Positions 11,987 to 23,700 of a stretch of DNA of 53,168 nt are shown one piece after another. The notes under the pieces are model-generated. The model searched no databases. It was not told the origin of the DNA and was given only the letters and a program-made list of their open reading frames with translations. The position numbers and the translations under genes are program-made. Position 1 is the stretch's first letter. Each line of letters begins with the position of its first letter. This DNA comes from Dicyema japonicum (lineage: Eukaryota; Animalia; Dicyemida), in assembly GCA_011109175.1 (NCBI GenBank), contig RDEW01000008.1, forward strand, positions 1,209,892 to 1,263,059. Direction: 5' to 3'.

Positions 11987-13013
11987 TCAATCATAACTTT
12001 TCCGAATTCCAAGATCAGTCATAACCAGTCGTTGACATATTTCACTGTTTTCTCCATATTTAGTTAAAACAAATCCGTATGTCCTATCTCCATTAACTTT
12101 ACTGAATTTCCCTAGAAGGTTGTCGTCCATAGATTCCTTTAGTACACATTTCTTGTATAGTCCCTCTCTTGTGCTTTTTATTTTATCTAAATCATCATTT
12201 AATTCTTTTTCATTAATTTTTGAAATTTCAGTCCGAAAGTCTTTAAGGAAAAATTCATATAACGCAAAGTCAACATCGTTCCATTTTAAAATTAATTCCT
12301 TTATGGTTTCATTAACTTTGGGCATTTTTTGTGCATTTAATTGAAATGATATCAAATCTTGGATCTCCCAGTGAAGGTAGTTTTTTAGAAGAATGAGAGA
12401 TAAGTCAAAGTAATCAGCAATCAATATCAAATTAAAGCTTCTTTTTACTTCCAATAGAAAATCATCAATGTCTTTCTGTGAATAAGCATGACGTGAGTTA
12501 AATCCAAGCATATATGACATTGGGTTTCTCATTCTATCATCTATTTGGATTTGATAATAAAATTCTGGATTTTTGAAAAATTCTGATATTTCAAGTTTTT
12601 CTGATTTACGTAATAATTATAATATGAAATATATTGACGAAAGGGATTCCTCAAAATTGTAAAGAAAATGCATTTGGTTTTACAATTTCATGAATACTTT
12701 TTTTGTTAAATCTTGTATGAAAGAATAGCATATCAAATGGTTTTATTTCCACATGTTTGACATTTTCTGCATTAAAAAATGATGTTTTTTCACCAAAATG
12801 AGTTCCTTCATTCGATGGCACAGCTATTTTCAAATTATGACTACGAGCAAATCGGTCGAGAATGTTGACGATTGAACTGCTCGCACATTTTATAGTCTTT
12901 AAAAAGACAACTGTGGACCTTTTTTTAGTTTTATATATTTCTGAGATCTTGAATACAAGTAGAACTAATACAAATAGAATTACAAGCCAGAATATGCGAT
13001 ATAATATCCTCAT
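11987..13013 (-). CDS. GAL3ST: Galactose-3-O-sulfotransferase (GAL3ST/cerebroside sulfotransferase family), type II membrane protein, ~342 aa, intronless; copy 1
   Basis: N-terminal TM anchor, VFLKTIKCASSSIVNIL (5'-PSB), FTILRNP (3'-PB region), LILIADYFDLSL, WNDVDFALYEFF. Joining ORFs 12651-13013 and 11987-12532 needs two 1-nt insertions (~12665, ~12610), both supplied by copy 2. Confidence 0.85.
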
Positions 13014-13089
13014 GACTGTGACTGAAAGATCGAAATTAGAATATTATGACTGAACGATCGAAAATGGAATATTTAAAAAAAATAATGAG

Positions 13090-15410
13090 ATTTACGTCAG
13101 AAAAAAATTTAACTAATGTAGGTCATTTTTTGCAATTTTTCCACTTCGACTTGCTTTAGTCTGCTGGGAAGTGATGCCAATCTCAACAAGTGTAATCATG
13201 TTTTTCAGTATCGAGAACAAATATTTCAGGCTTGTTATGCTCAATATTTGTCTCGGTATTAATTGTGGTGTCCACACGAATTTCAACATTGTCATTGGCG
13301 ACTATTGATTGCACAGAGTGTGTTTGTGCTTCTTCGAGTGTTTTATCCCATATAATCGACATAGATGCAGATGAATACATCTCAAGATAGTCTCTGTACA
13401 GCATTCGACCACACCTTGTTGCCAAATGATCAACACTTTTATAGCAATGCTACAGTGACCACAATTAGAGCCAATACTATTGAAGAATAAATTATGATCT
13501 TGAGTGAGGCACAACATTCCTTCGGATTTGCATGAATTGTATCGAAGAACATATTAACTTCATTCCTCATAAACAACATTGTATCCTCTTTATGGGAAAA
13601 TATTATCAAGTCGTCCATGAACAGTAGATAATTGATGGAGTAAGCAATAGGGCAATATGGTCAAAATCATGGTGAGAGGATCCAACAGAAGTACGAAGAT
13701 TTGTGGTGACAACGAATCGCCTTGCAAAATCTCTCGCTTCGATTCAACTTCTCCAATTTCTTTTGATTAAAGTTGAATCTGATTTTCCATTTGGTTACCA
13801 AATTCTAAACTCACGATCCAGTATGGGAGTCCAGAGTTGTCCAAGACTTTGTATAAAAAGTCATGATTTACAGAATCGAATGCTTTCTTACATCTATCCA
13901 TGTCCAGACAAAGTGTTCCCATTCTTTTTAGTCATACACTGGTTAAGGATTGCCTGTTCTTTAGCTTCTTGACACATCCTTTTAGTTCCCAGTTGATTAT
14001 CATTCACAAGATCGAATGCTTCAATATAGTCAGACAATTTACGGTAACACATTTTGTCACTAACTTATATAAGTTATGCATGTAATCGGCCTCAAGTCTT
14101 TCGGGGATTGACATATATCTCTTTTCGGGATAAGATATGTAAACCCTTAGTAAAACCACTCATCAGGGGTATAATCAATATATATTATTTTGGCAACTCT
14201 TCGCAGAGTTTATCATGGATTGAAGTAAATCTTTTAAGTTGTACACCCCATCACACCCACTGGCTTTCCAATTAGGCAGGAGTTTAATTATTTCAAGGAT
14301 ATCTTCTTTCTTGCAGTCTACAAATGTGTCTTCCACTCCAGTAGCTCTCCTAATTATCGGATATGTGTTTTCCTAAATATTTCCCCAAACTGATAGACAT
14401 TCATTTTCATTAACAGGATATGGCATCCCTGGTTTCTCCATTTAACCTTCTGTAAAAAAGCCTCCGATTGAGTTCGAAACACCAATTTTGTTTCCTGAAT
14501 TCATTCCGGGATTCATGTACTCTGAGTTGTTTCTCCACTATGATTATTTTATCCTGAATGCAACTAACTATTCTTCCCAATTCACCCTTCTTCGAATTTC
14601 GATTTCCATATTGGCACAGTGTATCCGTCGTATCGTCATCGAACCTCGTATTTCCCTTAAGTACTACAAGCACCGAGATTTGTTTGAGACGTTTATTCAA
14701 CTTCAGAAGTCTTCCTTGCATGCGCTCAACCCACTGGCTCTTCTTTCTCGTAGATTGATAGAGCATCATAAGTTAACTGCCCAGAATTACTGATATCTGT
14801 AATATCATTCAAATTAGCAGGAAGGTAGGAATTGATATATTGCCATATTTAAGAGTTTATCCCTGAGAGAATTTCTTTGTTGAGAAGTTGGAAGGGCATT
14901 TTTCGGTAGGCATCCATAATATTCGAGGCTGGATTTTACTCGATTAATTTGGACACAAAATTCATTTGAACAAAGTCTAAAATTAGAGATTTCTGTGCTG
15001 TATGCATTACTCCCAGGATCAATATTCATAGAGTGCTTGGATTTTGACGACTTTAACTTGGCCAAACTCTTCAAGTTTGCAATCTATTTGGACATACCAA
15101 ACTTTCCATAAAAAGTCCGAGTGATTAACCGCCAACCATCACGAGGAATTCTCCCTTGCTTGAACAGCTCGAACAACTTCAGATGTCCATTCAACTCTGT
15201 CTTTATAATCCACTTGGTCGATAATAGCATTTAAAGTGAGGATATTTGCACGGCAATCTGGCTTTGACACCAGACAAGGAGATAGTCCTTTTTCTTGATT
15301 CACAGCCCATGGACCACGTGGTCTACGTTACAATTGGTTTCTCTATCAAAATCTTTCGTAGATAAGTCCGATGAAAATGCTTCTTGTCAACAGTAGAAAT
15401 AAGCATGCAC
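13090..15410 (-). mobile_element. R4/Dong-like RLE non-LTR retrotransposon, degraded, with internal deletion
   Basis: ORF pieces HLATRCGRML, IRVDTTINT..NKPEIFV, TLVEIGITSQ and FELNRRLFYRRL are homologous to the intact ORF at 36464-38479. Confidence 0.85.
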
Positions 15411-15530
15411 GTCACCACAAGAAAATATAAATTATTTAAATAAATATAAAGAAACCATAAATAAATGGAAAATTTTTAAAATAAAAATAAAAACGATAAA
15501 AAATCATTCTATTGAAAAAATGGTGTTACT

Positions 15531-15750
15531 TTAGCCGCGTGGCGCTATTTGGTGCTTGGTGGCTAATTGGTTGAAGTTTTCTGTCTGCTTATCTGTTCCA
15601 CCTCTTTCTTCCTACTAGAGGTTGCGTCATGTGATCCACCTGTCTAGTGGCGCCCAGTGCCAGGCCGGCACGAAAAGGATCATTTGCTCTTCTTTACTCC
15701 ACTGGAAGGGGTTTCTACAACGACTTAAAAATATTAAACTTTAGACTATG
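15531..15750 (+). mobile_element. Ingi-like LINE 5' end, second locus
   Basis: Homologous to 3433-3620. Downstream peptide KGFLQRLKNIK matches REFLERVRIK. Confidence 0.55.
15620..15683 (+). ncRNA. Candidate HDV-like self-cleaving ribozyme fold (related copies at 3495-3558 and 3676-3739)
   Basis: Pairings occur in the order P1-P2-P3-P3'-P1'-P4-P4'-J4/2-P2': GCGTC/GGCGC, TGATCC/GGATCA, AC/GT, TGCC/GGCA, J4/2 CGAAAA. P3 and J4/2 are non-canonical. Confidence 0.4.
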
Positions 15751-15799
15751 TACACGCAACAGACTCACAAAACACATTAAATTATTATTATTTTTCAAT

Positions 15800-16900
15800 A
15801 CGTAAATACTGAAAGTTATCTCTTCGTCTCTTCTACAACAGCGTGAACAATTTTCCATATTAGATTCCCCAACGCTATCCTTGAGAAGGTAATTTTTTAA
15901 AGGACGTGTAGTTCCTCTAAAATTTCAAGAGCGGTATCTATAACCGGTCTAATGTAAGCAACATATGTAAAATCATGATAGTCATAGTTTCATCAATGCG
16001 CCGTTAGAAACAATCAAACCAACTAAACGATTCCAGCTTCCGCAATCATGTGCAATCTCTTTTTATTTGTCCAAATGTTCTCAGTATTTTATTTTCTTTT
16101 GGCACGATTAAGATCAGCATCAATATCCCAGTAGTTTTGACATCCATAAAAACTGATCCAGTCTAACGAAATACTCTACCATCGCTATTTTATGGTGGGG
16201 TGTACATTTTCAATCTAAGTGACCTTGAAACTCGAGGACCAGTGGAGCAACAATTTTAAAGCTTTCTTTTTTATTTTCCTTTTCCAATTCAATTCGAGCA
16301 TTGTCCTCAACTGCCTTCTATGGAAAGGAATCTATCTCCTGTTGGTCAACTTTGGACATGGAATTATGTACTTGTTCGTCTTTCGTCGATTCAGTTTTTT
16401 TAGCCTTTTACAGCGTAGCTGTAGCGAGGGTCTTTTTTAACGATTTCCTCACTTTCTACAAGTATGAACTCAAGCTTATTTAGTGGTTGATTCGATTTTA
16501 TCTCCATATTTCTGATATCCACTAGATCAGTTTAGTAAATAATCATTGTTAGGTACAATTTCTTAGGTTCATTGAGAATTACTTCCATTAGGATATAAGC
16601 GCTGATCTATTTCTCGTTACGAAGTCGGCATCGTCAGCATAAATAGATTCTTATATATCACCATAAAATTTTAGGTCAAGTAGCTCCTTTTCCAAGTATA
16701 TTACAAACTGCAAAAGAGGGAGTGAGTCCTCTTGAGGAGTAAACACATTATTTAAGAATTCTCTTTACATAGTTTTGCCAGTTAGATCTCTTAGCTTTGA
16801 ATTAGATAAGACAATTTCATTATTCTCGAAGATTCAGAGTTCAAAAATCTTTTCATGCATTATGTAGTAGACCTAAATGGACTTAAATGCCCTTATAATT
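15800..16900 (-). mobile_element. Degraded LINE RT remnants (RTE-like and others)
   Basis: YADD at 16630-16641 on the minus strand (SIYADDADF), PQEDSLPLLQFVIYLE, and YVAYIRPVIDT near 15950. Confidence 0.65.
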
Positions 16901-18278
16901 TGAAGCCAGATAGTCATCAACTTGATCCCAACCCGATTATATGACTTGGTTCTAGATAGTCATTAACTTGATCCCTAACGCGATCGTATGTTACCAATGC
17001 CAGACTTTACGTAGATTATTTAACAAGATTATCGGTCTTGATCCATTATAACATTATAACAACCACAGCAAGGATGGTATCCTGCTTCTTGAAAAATCGA
17101 AGAGAGCAGGGATCAAGATTACCCTACACAAATGGCTCGACGAGAAGCTAGATGAGGATAACAATTTGCTAGTAATGTCGTTAAGAGATGGAAAACTACC
17201 TGAAAAAATATGCCATCATTGACTCGTATGTTGCAGCACAGAATAAACGATAGAAGGGTCTGAGAGCGCAGAGAAGAGTCCAAGCGTTTGCAGGACTTGC
17301 GGCATGAGGCAAAATAACTTGTTCTTTAAGTTTTCCTTGCTAATAAAATTGTTAAAGTTAAAGAAAAAGGGAACACCTAAAAGAAGGGGTTAAACCATCT
17401 AATTAAGTGATCTCGGTAGACCTCAACAAGATAGAAATGTTTAAGTATTATAACGAAAAATTAAAAAATAAAAATCAATAAAATTTTTGACTTAATTGAC
17501 CTAAAAAATTAAATTTAGACTTTATAACATTTGATTTATATTATAGAAGTGGGAAATACATATCAGATTGAAGTAGAAAAATGTCACATGTAAGACCTCC
17601 GCAAATGAGCTTTCGCTTTTATACGATTGTCAAATAAAAATTGACCTGGATAGAGTTGTCTATATGGATCAACTATCTGTTAAAGGAGCAACGAGAGAAA
17701 ACTTTTGATCAGACAAGTCACAGTAAGAGAAGTGAGCCACATATTTATTCAACCCACCTTACAATCTTTGATAAGCCCGGCACAAGCGGTTATAACTTAT
17801 TAATCCAAGAAAGGAACCTATGGGAGAACTGCTTGTGCAGCCCAAATCCATCCTCCACCCCTAATTGTCCATTACATGATTCTGAATAGATATGGAGAAG
17901 TAAGTCGCCATCTTACATTTTTCTCACACGACCTACTGTCGTGCGCATCACTTCACTTCTTAAGTGGAAAAGTTTTCATAATGGAAATCTCAACCAGTGG
18001 AGTTAATCGGATATATGTTAGGAAGATACCCGTACAAGACTGACACATCTCCATACGGATGGGATTGGTTTGACGAGAATTGACCTTAACTGAAAACTCC
18101 ATCTTTCGGATCGAACCCAAGATAGTCAGATCTAAGCTTTGTTTAATCGATAGACGAGAATGTATATTGAATCCTTTGATTGGTTATCAATCTGATGGAA
18201 ATATTGAAGAACAGTGTCTATAGATAGTAGGTTTTACACATTTCCCAATGAAAACACTTCCTTTAACAAAAAATATAA

Positions 18279-19305
18279 TCAATCATAACTTTTACGAACT
18301 CCAATATCAGTCATAACCAGTCGTTGACAAATTTCACTGTTTTCTCCATATTTAGTTAAAACAAATCCGTATGTCTTATCTCCATTAACTTTACTGAATT
18401 TCCCTAGAAGGTTGTCGTCCATAGATTCCTTTAGTACACAATTCTTGTATAGTCCCTCTCTTATGTTTTTTATTTATCTAAATCATCATTTAATTCTTTT
18501 TCATTAATTTTTGAAATTTCAGTCCAAAAGTCTTTAAGGAAAAATTCATATAACGCAAAATCAACATCGTTCCATTTTAAAATTAATTCCTTTAAGGTTT
18601 CATTAACTTTGGGGATTTTTTGTGCATTTAACTGAAATGATATCAAATCTTGGATCTCCCAGTGAAGGTACTTTTTTAGAAGAAGTAGAGATAAGTCAAA
18701 GTAATCAGCAATCAATATCAAATTAAAGCTTCTTTTTACTTCCAATAGAAAATCATCAATGTCTTTCTGTGAATAAGCATGACGTGAGTTAAATCCAAGC
18801 ATATATGACATTGGGTTCCTCATTCTATCATCTAGTTGGATTTGATAATAAAATTCTGGATTTTTGAAAAATTCTGATATTTCACGTTTTTTTGATTTAC
18901 CGTAATAATTATAATATGAAATATATTGATGAAAAGGGATTCCTCAAAATTGTAAAGAAAAATGCATTTGGTTTTACAACTTCCTGAATACTTGTTTTGT
19001 TAAATCTTGTATGAAAGAATAGCATATCAAATGGTTTCATTTCCACATTCCTGACATTTTTGCATTAAAAAATGATGTTTTTCACTAAATTCAGTTCCTT
19101 CAATCGATGGTACAGCTACTTTCAAATTATGACTACGAGCATATCGGTCGAGAATGTTGACGATTGAACTGCTCGCACATTTATTAGTCTTTAGAAAGAC
19201 AACTGTGGACCTTTTTTTAGTTTTATATATTTCTGAGATCTTCAATACAAGTAGAACTAATACAAATAGAATTACAAGCCAGAATATACGATTTAATATC
19301 CTCAT
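18279..19305 (-). CDS. GAL3ST: Galactose-3-O-sulfotransferase family, intronless; copy 2
   Basis: Near-identical to copy 1 (VFLKTNKCASSS). It has four 1-nt indels, all in homopolymer runs (two at ~19060-19085, one at ~18933, one at ~18470), at positions where copy 1 is in frame. Confidence 0.8.
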
Positions 19306-19379
19306 GACTGTGACTGAAAGATCGAAAATAGAATATTATGACTGAACGATCGAAAATGGAATATTTAAAAAAAATAATG

Positions 19380-20650
19380 AGATTTACGTCAGAAAATTTA
19401 ACTAATGTAGGTCATTTTTGCAATTTTTCCACTTCGACTTGTATTAGTATCTCCTGGGAAGTGATGCCAATCTCAACAAGTGTAATCATGTTTTTCAGTT
19501 ATCGAGAACAAATATTTCAGGCTTGTTATGCTCAATATTTGTCTCGGTATTAATTGTGGTGTCCACACGAATTTCAACATTGTCATTGGCGACTATTGAT
19601 TGCACAGAGTGTGTTTGTGCTTCTTATAGTGTTTTATATCATATAATCGACATAGATGCAGATGAATACATCTCAATATAGTCTCTGTACAGCATTCGAC
19701 CACATCTTGTTGCCAAATGATCAACACTTTTCATAGCAGTGCTACAGTGACACAATTAGAGCCAATACTATTGAAGAATAAATTACGAACTTGAGTGAGC
19801 ACAACATTCTTTTGGATTTGGGTGAATTGTATCCATGCAAAAGCCAACGGTAAGATTCTGTTGTATCAACATTGTTATCATCAAGACAGTTGAAAATTAT
19901 TCCATGCATTGTTTTGCACGTATTTGTCCAAATAAACATTTTTTCTGTAGTTCTTTTAATGTGTCGATTTTGAGAATATCGGGTTTTTGAGTTTTATATT
20001 TTGGTTGAAAAATTCTATGATTGTGGCCATATGTGTCTTCTTTGATTTGAAGGCTCGTAGAAATCGTGCCTACCTCAGACAATGGCATAATTTCTTTTCA
20101 ACATCCCATAGGATTTAGAGCAGCATGCGTTCACTTTTCTTTGTAATGGAGACTATACCCCTTCCGAGCTTATCTCTTGGTAAATAAAGTTGTTCTTTGT
20201 TTCCGGGTTTAAAGTGAATCCTATGATTTACAAGAATTTTGCGTATATCCTTGTCAATGAGTTAAATTCAGTTCGTTCGATATCAATTAATCCGATGTAA
20301 TAGTTGTAGAGAGATAAAGCATCCTCATTCATGGCTTTGAACAGGTTCCCAGAATTTAATTTTGTCACTGCCAAGTTGTCAATTCTATTTTTAACTCCAT
20401 CAAAATCGACTTTAGCACTTCGTTTTTCAAGACGATGCTATTTTTGTCCTTAACACACCAAGGTATCGATTTCCCTCCATTCAATCCAGCAGTTTGGCTT
20501 GGGAGCTCAACCCAGAAACATTAGTAGCCGATTTTCTCTGCATTTGGTTCTAATCCAGCAGCTTCGAAGAACATATTAACTTCATTCATGATGAACAACA
20601 TTGTATCCTCTTTGTGGGAAAATATTTTCAAGTCCTCCATGAACAGTAGA
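19380..20650 (-). mobile_element. R4/Dong-like retrotransposon remnant, truncated by a hAT insertion
   Basis: Homologous to 13090-13620 and keeps ~750 bp deleted in that copy. LLFMEDLKIF and RNLGSNLNAEKIG match the RT region of 36464-38479. Confidence 0.85.
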
Positions 20651-20661
20651 AAACTTTAGAC

Positions 20662-21125
20662 CAGGGATTCTCAACCTTTTTTACTCGTCGACCCCTTGAC
20701 TTTTTTCGACCCCCCTAATATTTAATCGATCCCTTAAAGCTTGAACAGACAATTCTAAGTAAAATTAGTTAACAATCTAAAATGAATTCATTGTTAATAA
20801 TCAAATCAAACAAAAAAGTATATACTCGATGTTAAGTTGGTAATTTAGCATAAATCTATAATAAAAAAAGAATTAAATACCAATGGGATCCCTGTGACTG
20901 ATGTTTTATTACCAAAGATTCATTATCTGGCTCTATTTGTGTTATTTTTAAGCGAATATCTCCTCTAATAAACACATCCAATCTGTTTCGTTCTTTATTT
21001 ACAATTCGATGTAGAATGCTAAATCCGTATTCACACAATATGATGTCGGAAAATAGAGTAGCAATTGTGCTATTTCTGTCCACAATTTTGGATAACTCTC
21101 TTTCACTTTCATATTTTGCCAAAAA
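20662..21125 (-). mobile_element. hAT (Charlie-group) transposon 3' end with TIR
   Basis: TIR CAGGGATTCTCAACC preceded by the Charlie-type target CTTTAGAC, repeated TCGACCCC subterminal motifs, and the C-terminus LCEYGFS..KERNRLDV..GDIRLKITQIEPD..HQSQGSH. Confidence 0.85.
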
Positions 21126-21164
21126 ATAACAGGTGATTGTGAATCATTATAATAGATTATGTTG

Positions 21165-22172
21165 TTAGCGTGGTGTCATGTGGCTCACCAGAAATGGTGT
21201 CACCCATTCTAAAAAGGAACGAAAAGAGCCAACAGCTTCTCCCCACCATCCGGTGATTCTTTCATTTACTGTTTCTTCGACCCTGTCTGGTGTCCCCATT
21301 TGTCCAGACTTTTGATTCTTCTATGTGGAGACGTTGAAACCAATCCGGGTCCATGGAGAGGTTTTACAATTATACAACTGAATACGATGGGATCAGGAAT
21401 AAATCTTTGAACTCTGGGCACTCCTCCGCTAAAATAAGGCTGACCTCGCTTTAATACAGAAGTCCAAGCTATCTCCCTCCATACCAACACCCTCTTTTCC
21501 CGGATACACAGTGATCCGTAAAGATCGTCAGGGAGGACGCGGAGGAGGACTACTTACTATTATAAAGAACGATATTCCTTTTATGGATACAACTCAACGA
21601 ACCTCAGAGCTTCTTGGCACCGACAAGACTTTGGAGCAGATTACTTCAAAATCGAGTTATTCCCGTCCTTTTGGATCCATTTGGCTAATTTATATATTCC
21701 TCCACAAGGATCGTGTCCGTCATCTTACACCCCTGATTTATCACGCATTTCAACATTGAAAAATCTACTGTTAGGTGGGGATCTTAATGCACGACATCTA
21801 GTTTGGCTCACTTCCCAATCCTTTGATAACCGAGGAGAACTCATTGCAAAGTATCTTCCTGACCTGATTATACTTAACAACCAAAACTCACATACGAGGA
21901 CCCCATTAAGGATGACTGATAGCTGCACATCCCCCGACTTAACACTATGCTCACCATCTCTGGCTGGACTCATTTCCTGGAACGTCTTTTACGGCTTCTC
22001 CAGTGACCACAATCCAATCCTTCTAAAATTGAGAGGTCTTCGACGATACAGGAGACGGCTGGCGGAATCAAAAAGATTCATGGATTATACGAAAGATGAC
22101 TGGTCTGGTTTTAGTAACCTTGTGGATAAATTCCTGGCCCGGATTATCCACCAAAAAGTTGGCCAGCCATAA
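21165..22172 (+). mobile_element. Ingi/I-group LINE 5' portion: 5' UTR, 2A peptide, AP endonuclease
   Basis: RLLILLCGDVETNPGP, then IRKDR..GGGLLTII, NLYIPP, GGDLNARH, SPDLTL and SDHNPI (APE motifs). Confidence 0.85.
21297..21353 (+). other. 2A-like ribosome-skipping (StopGo) peptide
   Basis: In-frame HLSRLLILLCG-DVETNPG/P. The DVETNPGP codons are at 21330-21353 and match the D(V/I)ExNPGP consensus. Confidence 0.85.
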
Positions 22173-22219
22173 TCAACACAGAATGTTGATAGATTTGACT
22201 GAAATAAATTTTCCTTTAA

Positions 22220-22640
22220 CTTCAGCGGAAATCGCTTAGATCCTAAAGAAATTGGGACTCCTATCTACACTAAAAAACTATAACGCACCTGAGACTCAAT
22301 GGCTACTCCGATCTATCTCTGTCACAATCGTGAGAGGTCATTTTTGATTGATTTTTGTGTTTTAAATAAAATAATTAAGTTAAAATTTTTAGGTAAATGT
22401 CTCTAGTAAAATTACTCCTGTTGCGACCGAATCATCGGGAGCCGTTGGTCCAATGACGGCTGAGTTCTTGCGAGAACTCGGAGGATTGCTTGCCAGAAAG
22501 AAAAGGGATCAACGAGAAGGGTTATGGCTAAGACAAAAGATTGGAATAGCCATACTCCGAGGGAACTCGTTCGCAATCCACGCAGCAGGCTTCCTCAACT
22601 GACATTTGTTTAATTGTTTTAAAAAAAATTTGTTAAAAAA
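22220..22640 (+). mobile_element. Two adjacent CRE-clade 3'-end fragments
   Basis: QWLLRSISVTIVRGH (~22300), and PVATESSGAVGPMTAEFLRELG..QKIGIAILRGNSFAIHAAGFLN* (22416-22602) with an A-rich tail. Confidence 0.75.
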
Positions 22641-23700
22641 AAATTCTTCTCGTGTACCCAAAATGAAGTGTTGAAAAATAATAATTATTACATGTTATTT
22701 CTAGCTCAGTTTTCACCTAATTTTATAAAGGCAAGTTTATGAAATCTCTCACCGTGCTGTGTAGATAGAATTGACTAAACTGAATGCCCCTCCAACTTTC
22801 TAGCCTTTTTGATTCTATATACTCTGCATAGATTTAGATGTTAGCATATTAACTTTGTTGTGTTTTCGGACGTAGTGACTATTTAACATAAAGTTTTATT
22901 TATTTATTTTTTTTATTTAGAAACCAAGAATCACCGACAAAACAAAGGAAGGTAAGGGCCGTCAGTTGATCACGGCCCCCTTGAGCAGCTTCTCTTGACA
23001 TAATTTTGCCAGTTATTCTTGTCACAGACACAAAATAACAAATTCCTGCCTTAATATAAACAATATTATTTTATTTAAGACTAGAATTACTATATAAAAA
23101 AGATTTATTTAATTAATTAACTCTTCGGAAAAAAAGAAACCCTCAGCTAACTAAAAATGTTAGTACAAAGAGTGGACGTCATCCGAGATCCGACAAATAT
23201 ATTTCCTCAGTATAACAAGTATGTGGAATATAACCATGTTTAAATTAAATTTTAATTAATATATTTAAATAAATATTTAATTCATTTGAATAATTATAAT
23301 AAAAACTTGCAAATCAGCGATATGAACATCATTTATACTTTGTTGGTGAAGATGCTATAATTGGGTTTTTCATGAGTGACTAGACTAGTATGAGCAGTAG
23401 TTATGGGAAAAGATAACACTACAATGAGAAAGTGTTATTTGTTATTTGTGAAAATTAAATAAAAATTAATAAGTTTATTAAATAAAAAAATATTTATATT
23501 TAAATAATTTTTGGATTCATAACTGTAACAATTGCTGTGAGAATGCTCAAATTACTAGGTTTATAAAATAAATTATTAAAGGAATAAATTCTTGTTTAGT
23601 AAACAACATTTAGTGATCTGGAATAGTAATACTTTTGAAATGTTACATGTACCTATTTGGGTGTGACAAATAAAAACCGAGTTGTATCGTTATTTAGTTT

